From: Lama glama
Lineage: Eukaryota
NCBI GenBank assembly: GCA_028534125.1
Contig: CM052816.1
Span: 71,612,001 to 71,676,000, forward strand
Length of the DNA: 64,000 bases
Direction: 5' to 3'
In this document: positions 1 to 13,313 of the stretch, piece by piece
Layout: the number at the start of each line of letters is the position of its first letter
Numbering within the stretch: the first letter of the stretch is position 1
Program-made: the position numbers and the translations under genes
The notes under the pieces: model-generated
Databases searched by the model: none
What the model saw: only the letters and a program-made list of their open reading frames with translations
What the model was told of the DNA's origin: nothing

Positions 1-734
1 AATTCTTTAGTTATAACTACGGACATTAAAAAAAGAATGTTATAATTATCATAAGTCTCTATTCTCAAAAGGAAGACAGAGTTCTAAGTACCCAGAAAAC
101 ATCCGTTGTGGGTTCCACATGTCTAAAGAAAATCTCAGGACATTTGAAATTAAAAAAAAAAAAAAACTTTAGAAAGAAGTCTCCAAAAACACAAAGTCCA
201 TTGTATTTCATTGAAAAAGGAAAGAGTACTTTCCCTATCCCCTGATTGCTTTCTACATAGAGTAATGCTGCTGAACTGTAAAGAATCCGTCTGGAAGAGC
301 ATCTTTAAAGTATTCACTTTCATCCCACTGTTCACAGATATGTACTGAGCAGTAGGCGGTCCATTCATGACTATTGCACTCTTAGAGTAAAAAGGGAAAT
401 TTGGTCTACTTTTACATTTCTATGCTCATTTCTTTCCTAAATCTCAAAAGCTAGTACACAACTAATAGAATAGAGTTATGAAAGTTGGGGGGGTTTTTTG
501 CTTGAAAAATTTTTTACTGAATTTAAATAGATGCTACATTATCACTGATCTGAATATATGAATCCTATGATGAGTATCTATGTATATTTAAGAATTAGGA
601 AATGGAACTTTTCAGTGTATTTCCAGGTTATTTTCATCACCATAAAAAAGAGAAAGACTGTAAAAATAGAATTCACTAATTTGTAAGTTGTGAAAGACTG
701 ATTCAAACCCTCACCCAAGTTGATTCAAAATTGA

Positions 735-737
<3 letters not shown>

Positions 738-781
<44 letters not shown>
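738..781. repeat. (GT)22 microsatellite
   Basis: Direct reading. Confidence 0.97.
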
Positions 782-783
<2 letters not shown>

Positions 784-1659
784 TGCAGTGAAGTGTGTTT
801 TCAGTCATTTACCATTTAACCACTCTCAAAGGAGGTTGTTAAATCATCAATATCCTTATTTCCTAGGTTCAGAAATTGGTTTATCCATTGTTAAGAGTTA
901 GTTATAAGGTTTTGTTGGGTTTAGACAGTAGTTGGCTAGGGACAAGGAATGCCCAAATCCTGCCCTTTCTTCTATTCCAGAGCTTCCTGAAGAATAGGTA
1001 AATGGGACAGAGTCATTTTATTTCTAATCACAATCATATCCATTATGACCAGTGCAGAGTCCTTTGGGTCACTTGCGCCTGACCTGCAGGTTTATGGAGA
1101 TTTCTCCCCTTTGCTGAACCAAAAACCTTCCCATTAGTCTGTTCCCATGGGAGAGGTGGAGAGAGGGCAGGAGCCAGGGTGGACAGGCACTGGACGGCAG
1201 CCTTCTGCGTCAGCTTCATGCAAGGAACGAGGAGGAGAGCACCACAGACACAGGACTGGCCTCCCCGCCTCCTCGGGGCAGTGACCTGGTTCCCTATTGT
1301 AACTTGGTACAAAGACGGCCCCCGAATCCAATAGAGTTAGATGGGTAGCTGTTCCCTTCTGAGAGAGAAGAAAGGATGGGAGAGGAATTTTCCCTCACAT
1401 CTCCCCCATGGTCACCCAGCAATAACTCTCCTGCCTCTGGGCTCACTCCATGTCCTTTACCCACAATGCCCAGCCCAGTTCAACCTTTGGAAATTCCATC
1501 TATACTTCAAAGTCTAGCTTAATACCTAGAATTGTTAAGGCTAGCACTGGAAGAAGAATTCTGTTCCCCAAATGTCACCCACTTGGAGTTCTTACAGCTT
1601 TCACCACTGTCCCATATCCCTGACAATAGGATTGTGGCCACCTCGCTTTAGAGGGCAGA

Positions 1660-1945
1660 CCTCACGCCAGTCAGAATGGCCATCATTAAAAAGTCTACAA
1701 GTGATAAACCTTAAAGAGAATGTGGAGAAAAGAGAACCCTCATCCATTGTTGGTGGGAATGTAATTGATGCAGCCATTATGGAAAACAGAATGGAGATTC
1801 CTTAACAACTAAAAATAGACTTACCATATGATCCAGCAACCCCACTCCTGGGCACATATCCAGAGGGAACTCTAATTCGAATAAATACATGCACCCCACT
1901 GTTCACAGGAGCACTATTTACAACAGCCAAGACATGGAAACAAAT
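1660..1945 (+). mobile_element. LINE-1 ORF2 3'-region fragment, relatively young
   Basis: cctcacgccagtcagaatggccatcattaaaaagtctac...ccatatgatccagcaaccccactcctggg...cagccaagacatggaaacaa are hallmark L1 ORF2 C-terminal sequences. Confidence 0.9.
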
Positions 1946-2419
1946 GTTCCTGTCCAAATGTGGCCAAAACTCTGGACTACAATTAACATACTAGCTGGCA
2001 TCATTATGAGCATTTTACCAAATATTAGGAGAAAAGAAGATAGAAATAAAAAATTTTAAAAAGTATTAACATTGTCTTTTGGCTTACGAAAAATATCTAA
2101 AACATCTTCACTTGAGTACTGAAAAGCTGACACAAACTAGCAGTCAGCTCTTTGTCTGCCTCTCTATGGCTGGTGCCATCTTAACCCTGACCACCAGGAA
2201 ACTGCCATCTAAGATTTATGTATTAGCTTTCATTAAGGCTGAAACAGTCATATTTCTTTTGGTCTAGAGCTCACCTAGGATTTGCTGTCAGTTGTGGTCC
2301 CTAGCTACATGTATTCTCTTGGTAATTGATGCTTGGAATGACTTGGTCAATCCATGAGACATTAATTACATACAGGAGTGGTCCCCAGCATGGGTCTAAA
2401 AGTTTAAGAGAGTAGGCGG

Positions 2420-2735
2420 AACGAGACCATGGTAACAAACAGCAAGACCTCTGCGGCTTAACACATAAGTCTTCTGTGGGCCTGAGAGTTCACAGAAGCT
2501 CCCATCCAGAAGCTGACTCAAGGGTTCAGGATTCTTTCTTCTTATGTCCCCAGATTCTCAACACGTGACTTCTAAGAAGGAAGACAATGAAGATGGCACA
2601 GGGGTTTTCTCTGTCTTGTCACAGAAACATCACACATGTGCAGAAGCTCATGGTCTGTTGGCCAAAACTAGACACACAGCCCAGCCGTAGGGGATATTCA
2701 TAGATGGTGGTGAGTATCAGATAACTCTGCCACAA
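2420..2735. mobile_element. Probable MaLR (MLT1-type) LTR remnant
   Basis: ggtaacaaac...gcggcttaacacataag start and tggccaaaactagacacacagccc motif resemble MLT1 LTRs. Confidence 0.5.
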
Positions 2736-3339
2736 ATAGACCAGGGGCCCCAAATTCAGTGCCTTTCAGAGGCCGGGAAGGTAACATAAATGTGCAAGGC
2801 TGCCCCATAGAATAAAGAGCAGAAAATTTTACTTCCTAATATGAGTTCTGTCATTTTCAAAGAACGTTTTATTATCCTCATAAAATTCTAAGTTTAATGA
2901 ACTTCTCCAAAAGATCGGCAGGGAATTCTGGGACCAGAATAACTTGTTAACACAGCCATCACCCCTTTCCCAACTCCAGCTTCAGTCTTATCACCCAAAC
3001 TAAGCAGTTGCTGGGATGAGGGAGGTAGGCAAAGCATGGGAGGAGGAGCCAGAGACCGAAGTGGTGCTCCCTGGCCACCAGGTCCCTGTGAGTGAAGGAT
3101 CAGCAAAATAAAGTCCCCAGGAAGGATCCAAAAAGCCCAGTACTGGGGAAGAATTTGTCATGTATTAGCTAGTGATACCTGTCATTTCATCTTAGTTTAT
3201 CTTAGTGATTTTCTAAAAATATGTTTGTGAGACATCTGCATACGTTATTTTCCAATGCTCATTTTTCCGCTGTCGTGATTTCCTTTGTTTTATCATATTG
3301 CCAAAAACAAAAATAAACAATAGAGGAATTTTTCAGAAA

Positions 3340-4200
3340 AGCATATCCCCATATGTTGGGAATGTGTTCCCAACATTTTAGCTTCCTTTTTGGAAAGTAA
3401 TCTGACAAAGCCTATTAAATTTAAAAATACAAATGCCCTTCTACCTTACAACTCTGTCCTTAGGAATCTATGATAAAGGAATCAAATAGTATATAAATTC
3501 ACAGAGAAAGGGCAATTTACAGGTAAATTGTTGAGAACTGCAATGAACTATAAACTGAACTGGAAATGAAATGAATGTTTTATAGTCAGATTTATTATCA
3601 CTGAATAAATCATGGTATATCCACAATGGAATAGTATGCAGCCCTCAAAAGAATACATTAGAGCTGCCCCAGGTGACATGGGGATTTCCACATGTTATTG
3701 ATAAACGAAAGCAGTAAAAAAAAAAAAAGTGCATATTCCATGATCTCATTTTTACAAAACCATGATCAAAAACTCTCCATACATATATTGGTATTGCAAC
3801 ATGAAGAATGTTAAATTTACCATGTGATCCAGCAATTCCACTTCTGAGTATATACCCAAAGGAAATGAAAAAAGATTATCAAAGAGATGTATGCACTCTC
3901 ATGTTCACTGCAGTGTGATTCACAATAAACAAGATACGGAAACAACCTAAGTGCCTGTCAATAGATGAATGGATAAAGATTTCATTCAGCTAACATCAAC
4001 TCAGTGGTGAAAAACTGAAAGCTGTCTGTCTAAAATCAGGACGAAGATAAGGATGTCCACTCTTGACACTCTTATGATTTCGCTCATATGTGGAACATAA
4101 AAACAAATAAACAAAAAAACAAAATAAATGAGCAAACCAAGCCAAACAAAAACAAACACGTAGATTCAGAGAACAGAGTAGTGCTTCCCAGAGAGGAAGG
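3340..4200 (+). mobile_element. Old L1 (L1M-type) fragments, composite
   Basis: ctgaataaatcatggtatatccacaatggaatagtatgcagcc; accatgtgatccagcaattccacttctgagtatatacccaaagg; L1 3'UTR-like segment at 4080-4200. Confidence 0.75.
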
Positions 4201-4339
4201 GAAATGCAATGTTATTTTTCAAATATATTTCAATCAAAAAAAGCTTACTTCCTTCTATGTCTGCTTTATAACTAATGATGCCTCTTCCGAGTATTTGTGA
4301 ACCAAGGATATTATTGATAGGATGATGATATTAAAGATT

Positions 4340-4500
4340 ACCATTTGCATTTATGTGTCAGGCACTGTGATGGATGCTCTACTTAAATTTGCACAATAAT
4401 CCTTCAAGGTAGAAATTATTATCTACATTTTACTGGAAAATCCAGGATTCAGAAAGGGGAAGTAACTTGCCCAAAGCCACAAGACAGAGCTTAGAGGTCA
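4340..4500 (-). mobile_element. MIR SINE
   Basis: tatgtgtcaggcactgtg...cacaataatcct...aagtaacttgcccaaagccaca MIR core. Confidence 0.75.
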
Positions 4501-4639
4501 AAGAAACTGCATTCTTTACTACATTAGAAATTTCCCATGTAAATAAGTATATAGTTTACTGTTAAGAAATTAGCTAGCCCAAAGATATAACTCTAAAATG
4601 TACATAGGCAAATATGCAAAATAGGTTACCCCAAAAATG

Positions 4640-4880
4640 GTTAAAATTTGGAGTCTGGAGTCAGGTAGGTACACGTCCAAATCCTGGTACCATTCCTTAG
4701 TAACGGCGTTGCTTTGGCAAGTTATTTCACTTCTGCCACTTTAGTATCTCATTTACAAGGTGATAACATTGGAAGCTACTTCACTATCTTCTAGGATTGT
4801 GGAGAGAATTAAATGGTAAATGTGGATAAAATATTCAGTATAGGACTTGCAACCTACATAATAAATATTGGAAATTATCA
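4640..4880 (+). mobile_element. MIR SINE
   Basis: ggagtctggagtcag...ctttggcaagttatttcactt...aggattgtggagagaattaaatgg. Confidence 0.75.
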
Positions 4881-5239
4881 TCTTTATCATTATTTTCATC
4901 AAAATACAGATATATTGGGAGTGGTAAAATGTATTAAAATGTACTTATTACCAAAATAACTAATGTTAAGATCTTTAATGTCTTATAAACTGACAGAGAA
5001 ACTCAGAAAAATTGTAACATTATCTTTTGATTCTTTCCCACCTTGGTGTTAATACATCTGATTCTATCTTTATTATTTTTTTAATCATCAGTATTTAAGA
5101 AATTCTCTTTTCTTCCCTTCCTTTTCTAGAGCTCCTAGAAAAATATTTTGATTGCTTTGTCATGGTGACCTATTCTCAGATTAACAATTTAATTATTTCT
5201 GTAGAGGTAAGGTTTTGTTTTTTTTTTTTAATTATTTGC

Positions 5240-5660
5240 TTATTTTTTTTAAAAAAATGCTTCAGTTAATTTTTACTGCTTTCTCATTATTTTCTAAGGG
5301 ACTATTCCTAAAAATAGACGGAGTGCTACAAACTCTTTGAAAACTCTTGAATATATTGCCATTATGCTTTCCAGAAATAGTGAGAGTGACGCTCCCAAGG
5401 CAGAATGATAATGCTCCATTCCCTGCACCACTGCCAATAGTATCACAGAAGTAAAAATTGTTTTTAATTGATAGGTGAAAAAATAGCAACTTGTTATTTC
5501 AACTTGTATTTTTTTCAATATTAGTAAGTGATTTTTTTTCATAATTTTTTTTGTTTCGTCAGTGAACTTACTTGTGAATTATCCAATCCAGTTCTTTGGC
5601 ACTTTTCTACTTGGATTTAGTGATTTTACATTGAGATTTATCACAGCACTTTATACATGG
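5240..5660 (-). mobile_element. Old L1 fragment (L1ME-like)
   Basis: atattgccattatgctttccagaa...aattgataggtgaaaaaatagcaacttgtt resembles antisense L1 ORF2 end. Confidence 0.6.
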
Positions 5661-6399
5661 CTCACATTTCCTTGAACAGGTAAATAAGTGCTTGGATAGT
5701 ATGGTAGTAGCTGTACAAAAACCTTGACTAAATAAAAATTCGGAGTATCTGCACCAACGCACATTAATTCAGCAAATATTTATTGCATGTCTACCATGAG
5801 GAAGGTGCTGTCCATGCCATATTCAGTATAAAACACATTCCTCAAGAGGTATCTGATTTGAAGACTCAAAAAGCATATAACAGAATAAAGAGCTCTAAGA
5901 GATGCAATCTGAAAAATGCTAAATTAATGGTCAAGCAAGCAAGGCTATGTCAGGAGACAGACTGACCATTGTAATTTGTGTGTCAGGTCAGCGCTACTAA
6001 CACGTAAGGTGGGACTTGGATGGTTTTGAACCAAAGGAAGAAATAAAAACAAAGCAAATAAGCAGATATGTCACCTAGAAGAAACCATGAGAAAAAAAAA
6101 GTAGAGGTCAGAATTCATACTGCTTTTCTAGGAAACTATGAGTTGATACCCCTGTGGCGGAAGAGAAGACCTTTAATGTCTGTCTAAAAAGTTTGCAGTT
6201 TAACAAGCTTCCATCACTGCTGCAAATATGAAGCCCCGGTTTCATATTTGAAACATATGAAGAATGTTAAAAATAAAATCTACTTTATTATTTCACTGCT
6301 CCTTAGATCTATCCTCAGATGAAGGATTCCCTCTCAATTCAGTGGGACATTTGGGGTCCAAATGTAAAGCTGACTTCTATTACCAAAGCCAATAGTAAT

Positions 6400-6850
6400 C
6401 GTATCAGTTTATTTGCAGCTGCAGAGATAAGAAACCCTGCCACAGAGTGGCTAGAATAAGTAGGGGAATAATTTTCTCTCAGGACAAGAAATCTGGAGAT
6501 GGGGGAGGCTTTTGGCAGTCGTTCAGAGGCCCCGCTACGTCAGGAGCAGTTCGTTTCTGATTCTCCAGCTTGTCACCTCATTGTCACAAGTTGGCTCTTA
6601 CAACTCCTAACATCATATCCACTTCATGACAGGGTGATTCTGGCCAGGTCTTTTCTTTGTATGAGTAAAGCAAAAACTTTTCAGGAAACCCACAACAGTA
6701 TTTTACAGGTTTCTAATCTGCCGGAACTAAATCACACAACCTTTCCTAGACATGAGGCGAGTTAAGAAAGCATGTGGTATGGTGGGATGCGGTAAGGGAA
6801 AAGGGAGTTGAGAACGGCTGTTGAAACGGCCAGTCTCAGGTTCTGACATA
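6400..6850. mobile_element. Probable MaLR (MLT1-type) LTR
   Basis: gtatcagtttatttgcagctgcagagataagaaacc...agtggctagaataag start; ccggaactaaatcacacaacc motif. Confidence 0.55.
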
Positions 6851-7798
6851 GTAACATTACATGAAGGAAAGACCAAGAAATTGTTTCAAGACATAGAAGC
6901 CTCATGATTAGCAGCGCAAAGTCACAGAAGAGAATACGAGTAAAGAATGCTCAGTAACTCATATGAACAGCCTTCCAATTGGGGTTGAATAAAAACAGTT
7001 TCGAGATTCAGTTCATTCTTGCAATATGGTTAAATAGAATGAGAGTTCTGAATTACCAAAGCACCAAATATTTAAAGTCTAAGGTCGCAAAGACCGAAGA
7101 GGTTCTTGAAAGGCTTTTATTCTTCGTATTTTTAAGTGAATTCAGTGTTGGCAGAACCCCATCACTGCCTACATTATTGATGGGGATATCTGCAAAGAAG
7201 CAGATGTTTTGCCAAGAAAGGGAATATGAATCATTGTATCTAATAAGATGAGAATTTTAGGAAACAGTCTACATAGCTCATGAGTGAAACTAGCAATTAA
7301 TCTTGACATGTTTTGTAAAAGGTTTGGTTGCTTAACATTTCTCCCAAGTAATTTTTTTTTTCAAGTTTGCTGTAGGCAGGAAAGTAAAGAGACTGACATA
7401 CAGGAAACTGAACTTTTCTTTCCTCCAAAGGCCAACTGTACCAGTTGGATATTGAAATATGAGGTGCATCATGATAGGAGATTAGACAAAGGCGTTCACC
7501 AATGTGCCCTCAGCCCCAACTTGCTAAAGGAAGTGATGAAGTGGCGCCATTGGAGACAAGGAGTCAAGACCAATTTATTGCTCCATTCTAGATGTTGCAT
7601 ATGTATGCAAAGTTTTATTTATAAAGATAATTTATGTGGCAGTTGAATTACGTGGTAATCACCAAGACATAGTGTCTAAAACTACACAATGTCACGCTAG
7701 CATGTAGACAGAAATTCTCTTGTATTGATTTACATTTGAAAGACTCTCCGAGAGATGTGTTGCAATCAAAATGCATATGCTCTGAGAAGAAAAGAAAA

Positions 7799-8068
7799 TG
7801 AAAACTTGGTATTTCTAAAATTCATTGTTGCCAGCCCTGATTGGGTGGATCTGTGTTTTGCCAAAACTAAATTTTGGAAGTTTTCTGTCAATAACTCAAT
7901 ATGGCTCTTTAATGTTCCTTTCATTTTAAGCTTTAATTGGGTTTAAAATGTTGATATTATTATTTAATACCTGTTTAATTCATGTTTAACAGAAGTTCAA
8001 GTGGAATAAGCTCAGTGTTGATTAGGAAGCTGGGCACAGTCAAAACATCTATATTTGACCTCAGAGCC
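7799..8068 (+). repeat. Copy 1 of a diverged ~270 bp direct duplication
   Basis: Shares identical 26-mer (7883-7908 = 8729-8754) and 24-mer (7977-8000 = 8823-8846) with copy 2 at constant offset 846. Confidence 0.92.
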
Positions 8069-8644
8069 AATATATTTATTGGCAACTTTTCTATGAAAAC
8101 TTAAATGGAAATTTACATTTTGAAGAGAAGTAAAATTTTAGGTTTTTGAAGCCCGAAAGCCTGTTCTATCTTTTTAATATCTAGTTATTATATTCTTAAA
8201 ATGAATAACCTGCACTGTTTAATTGCTTATTAGAATTCACACATACTACTTCCTTAGATTCATACATTTATTCATAATCAACAAAGCGCAACCACTAGAA
8301 CCATCTAGGTTTCCCAAACCAAAAACAGGGGAACAAAAGACAATCCAAGGACTGGAATTCCATAAATATCTTCATTATTTATTGTTTCTTTTCTCCACCC
8401 TCGCCCCACCTCTGCTCTTCTCTGGACTTCACTCTCGTTCAACCTCTCCTTATTGCCATCTGTTGCTTCTCAGTAAAGTTTTTCACAGAAGTACACACCA
8501 AGTATTAAATAAAATTCAAAGAGAAGAACATTTCCCAACATCTTCAGTCATCCAATTCATGCAAATCTAAAGCCATGATGAGATAAAACTACACACCCAC
8601 TGCAATAAAGAAAATCACAGTTAAAGAATAAAATAAAAAGACTG

Positions 8645-8924
8645 TGAAAACCTGGTATTCGTAAAATTAATTGAGGGTAGCCACCCCCATTTGGGTCCAC
8701 ATTTTGCTAAAAATAGATTATGGAAATCTTCTGTCAATAACTCAATATGGCTCTCTTATGTTCCTTTAATTTTAAGCTTTTAGTTTAACTTAAAATGTGG
8801 ATATATTATTTCATATCTGTTAAATTCATGTTTAACAGAAGTTCAAAGGGAATGAGTTCAGTCTTGACTAAGAACCTAAGCTAATAAAGTCAGAGACACA
8901 GTGTCTATATGTGATCTCAGAGCA
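8645..8924 (+). repeat. Copy 2 of the ~270 bp duplication, interrupting an old L1
   Basis: Same identical blocks as copy 1; flanked by contiguous L1 sequence (aaaaagactg | ...cagtactcagtgttgatgaagatgtggaacaaccagaactctca). Confidence 0.92.
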
Positions 8925-9071
8925 AGGTTGCCAGTACTCAGTGTTGATGAAGATGTGGAACAACCAGAACTCTCATGTGTTCCCGCTGAGAATGTAAGAT
9001 GCTACCACAGCTTTGGAAATGAGTTTGCAGTTTATAATGGATTTAAACATATACTTATGATATGAGGCACA

Positions 9072-9528
9072 TGTTACTAGTTCAGGTCCCCTAAGAAGCA
9101 GATACTATGACTGGGTTTAGAGATGCAAGACATTTGATGGGGGAAGCACCCATGAGCAAAAAAGGGGTGGGACCCAAAGCAGGTCCCTACCCATCAAACC
9201 ATGATGCAGGTCTGACTTCTATGAACGAGAGAGGGAAGGAAGAAAGGATCGGTAGAAAGAGCCTTGAACTATTGTACAATTCCAAGAAAGATGAGGTCGG
9301 GAGCACTCAAGTCAAACCCATCCATTGGAGGAGTCCCGTGTCTCACAGGCATGGGTTCCCTCTAGTTTCCTTGCTGTGCTGAATCCGTGGCTAGGAAGCC
9401 CGGGAAGTCGTGGGTAGCATGGCCTCTGTGCAAATGGTGGTGGATACAGGGCGGTGACAGCTAGAGCTGTCAGTCACCATGCTCCTTGCAAAAGGAGGCA
9501 CAAAAAGCACAGTTTCACGGTGACCACA
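9072..9528. mobile_element. MaLR LTR (MLT1J/K-like) nested in the L1
   Basis: TG...CA ends; tgttactagttcaggtcccctaagaagcagatact...tttagagatgcaagacatttgatggggg typical of older MLT1 LTRs. Confidence 0.6.
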
Positions 9529-12500
9529 GTCCGTCAATTTTAATCATAGATATTTATGTGAAGAAATGAAAACATATTCACATGAAGACTTTGTGTAACC
9601 TTATAGCTTCCTCCTCCACTCTCCTCCAACACTTTATTAATACTTCTGTTATAGAACTTATCACTTTGTGTCATTGATGATTATTATTAATCTAACTCTA
9701 TTTCTTGAGTGTGAAGTTCTTAGAAATATTAGTTTATTTTATATCTTTTACTCTCTAACTGCATTGCCCTGTAGTTCTGAGTATGTACACACAAAGACTT
9801 ATACACAAGTATTCGTAGAATTTTTATTCATAATATTCAAAAACTGGAAATATGTCCAACAACAGGTGAATAAATAAACAAATAGTGGTATATCCACACA
9901 ATGCAATTCTATTCAGAAATAAAATGAAATTAACTGCTGATACACAGAATATCATGGATGAATCACAAAAGCATATGCTGAGTGATAGAAACCAGACTCA
10001 AAATATTGTGTATTATATGATTCTATTTATTTAAAAATTTAGAGGGGGCAAACCAATCTATAGTGACAGAAGGTAGGTCAGTGGTTGCTGCAAAGGGGCT
10101 GGAGGGAACTTTTGGGATGATGATGTTCTAGATCTTGATGTGGTAGTTGTTACATGAGTAGCTAAACCTTTCAAAACTCTTTGAAGCATACTTTTTAAAT
10201 GGGTACACTTTACTGAGTATAAATTCATCTCAGAAGATTAATATTTTAAAGGTGCATTAGAATTTTCTAAAATAACATTTCCCAATGTTTGCTATTTTTT
10301 GTAAATATGGAAGATTCAGCAGATTAGTTGTTCAAAAATGTGGAAGATAAACAAGACAGCAGTAGATCATTTCTTCACATTTGGCCATACGTGAAACTGA
10401 ACAGTCATGCATAGTGTTTGTATCACTTGTGACATGATTAAATATAATTTTATATTTAAAACAATTTTTAAAATCACCAATACTCACCCCTTAAACATCA
10501 GGAAAAGTAAGAAAATGCCACAGAAGTCCCTGATATGAAACAGATGAGTAAAATTCACAACTATGTATTTTTAAAATCCTAATATATGAAAGAAACACAT
10601 AAGTCATTCTGACTTATTCATGAATTAAGGGACTCACATTTCTTTTTCAGCCATCGAAAAAGGAACAGGAAGAGGGGTCTCATTCCCAGATGAGACAGAG
10701 AATAAGAGGGATATTATGTAGGACCTGGCTATAGAGACGTTCTCAAGAGCACACATTAACAAAGTCAATGCTATCATTGAAAATACAGTTATTTTCACAG
10801 ACAGAAAATACAGCAATAACAGCTTTTGGTGGCAACTTTACCCCAATCAACATCTTATCAATATATATCAAGGGACACATGGAAACTATACAAGAACATG
10901 GTTCAATTCATAACCCCTACCTAAAAGCAACAACTTGAAACCCACATCCACTAGATGTGGGTCAGTAAGACATTTTAAATCTAAAAGAAAATGAAGATGC
11001 ATGAACTGGTCTAGTTTAAGTGAGCAAAATCTCCTTTACCCTCTGCCTAGCAAAGTGTGACGCCACCAATACAAAAAGAAAACTGAAGCCAATTCAGAGA
11101 TTACCCATGAAGGTTTTCATTGAGATCATTATATCGGAATCATTACTCTAATCATTCAAGCAAAAATTATTCTTAACACAGTTGACTTAGGCAATTGCAT
11201 AAAACTAGATTATAAAATATTTGTTGTAATAGGTCACAGTTTATATCTCTATACCCTCAAAATGACAAAAATCATGATAAATACATAACATTGTTCATTA
11301 CCTTTGTAGTGAAAGATAGATTGAATCAAAGTGGGAATTTCTTCTTGAATCACCCAGATGTTTTTTTCTACTTCCCATTTACTCATTTTTATCAGTCAGT
11401 CTACTTTTCTATTTGTTTTGCTTAAATTATAAAATTGGCATAATCGTATACAATGGTTTTTGTGTATCCGCCAAATAAAATAAAGCGACAACATATTTGT
11501 TCACTCAACATATATGAAGCACCTACTATGTGCCAGGAAATGCATTACTCACTGAAGACAAAACAATCCTATTCTTTTTTAGAAAATTAATATGTATGCA
11601 TCACAACCAACATGCTGGAAAACACAAGTTTTTCTAAAGAAAATCACGGACCTAATAGGACACTACCTACTCCCTCCACTCTGTACAACAGATGCTCAGG
11701 GCATGTTAAGGCACAAACATGTATTATAGTTATCTGTATCATATATCAGAGAGCACACATTTTTATTATTACTTAGTTGAATCCACTTAGATGACACAAT
11801 ACTGCAACTATCTGTGATGTGAGGAGTATGTATAAGAGGTCACAGAAAAACACAAGTCACATGCGTCATGTACAGGCATGCTACCCGTCAAGGGCTAAAT
11901 CAACCCATTTCTCAAAAAGGTTCTTTCTCGGTTGTCCACTGCCGTACGAGACAAGTAGGGCCACCCCTCAAAACCTAGGAACATTGACAGCCAAGGAAGA
12001 GGGCCTTAAATCCAGGAAAATGATGGAGTTACCACAGGAAAAGCTAGGATAGACCTTTGAATTTATCTAATTTCAAAATTTTTACATTTTTTCCCAAAAT
12101 ATTTTTTATTTTCCAGTGAAACCTTGTGTCAAACAGGTAAGAACTGTGTTTAGAACCAGATGGTAGGTCTTTCCCGCATACTTGTGGGAGCTCCCAGTGA
12201 CTCTCCGAAGAACAGTAATGCTCCAGGGAGAGGAAGAATAGGAGTGAGAAGAGACCTCCGTAGTGACAGTGGCATCTGGCTTTGTCTCAGACTTCAACTA
12301 CCCAGATTCTCAAGCTGGCAGATCCACCAAGGCAGCCAGCTTGGGAGACTCTAAATATTTATATTGGTTCTAGGACACTGACACCAAGAACAAAACTATG
12401 GTGTCTGGGTTGACTCCAGCTCCGAGCATGTCTCCCAGAGTCTATTTCACGGGTCCCCATTGTGCTCGCCCACTGAGATAATCCTCCAAGTTGTGGGAAA

Positions 12501-12618
12501 CCTCAACCAGCTCAGGCTGCAGAGTGAGCCGCCGGACAACTCACCACGCAAGCACAGAGCCCTGCACCAGGCAAGGTGACATTAAATGACACTGACATTT
12601 TTTTCAAATCTTCTAGCT

Positions 12619-13313
12619 TTTTAAAAAATTTTATTTTTTATTGAAATGTAGTTATTTACCATGCTAGTTTCCAGTGTACAGCAAAGCAATAAATAGTTAT
12701 ATATATATACATACACATTTTTTTCAGATTTTTTTCCATTACAGCTCATTATAAGAAATCAAATGTAGTTCCCTGTGCTATACAGTAGGTCCTTGTTGTT
12801 TACCTATTTTATATATAGTAATGTGTGTCTGTTAATTCCAAACTCCTAATTTATCCCTCCCCTCCTTCACCTTTGGTAATCATAGTTTGTTTTCTTTGTC
12901 CATGAGTCTATTTCTGGTTTGTAAATAAAATTTGTATCATTTTTCTTTTTAGACTCCACATATAAGTGATAACATACGATATTTGTCTTTGTCTGTCTTA
13001 CTTCACTTAATATGGTAATCTTTAGGCCCATCTATGTTGCTGCAAATGGCATTATTTCATTCTTTTTTAATGGCTAATATTCCATTGTGTGTGTGTATAT
13101 ATATATATACACACACCACATTTTCTTTATCCAGTCATCTGTCGATGGACCTTTAGGTTGATTCGATGTCTTGCCGATTGTAAATAGTGCTCCTGTGAAC
13201 ACTGGGGTGCATGTGTCTTTTCGAATTATAGTTTTCTCTGGATATATGCCCAGGAGTGGGATTGCTGGATCATATGGTAAGTCTATTTTGAGTTTTTTTA
13301 AGGAACCTCCATA
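12619..13313 (-). mobile_element. 5'-truncated LINE-1 3' end (cetartiodactyl-type)
   Basis: T-rich tail at left; gtagttccctgtgctatacagtaggtccttgttg; ctgcaaatggcattatttcattcttt; gatatatgcccaggagtgggattgctggatcatatgg. Confidence 0.93.

Larger units (their letters stand above)
8530..10250 (+). mobile_element. Old L1 (L1MC/ME-like) ORF2 end and 3'UTR, broken by nested insertions
   Basis: atgcaaatctaaagccatgatgagata...cacacccac; gatgtggaacaaccagaactctca; gtggtatatccacacaatg...atggatgaatc...tagtgacagaaggtaggtcagtggttgc. Confidence 0.75.

Noticed and set aside
1042..1430. GC-richer segment resembling an ERVL-type LTR
   Set aside because: Could not assign a family or termini with confidence.
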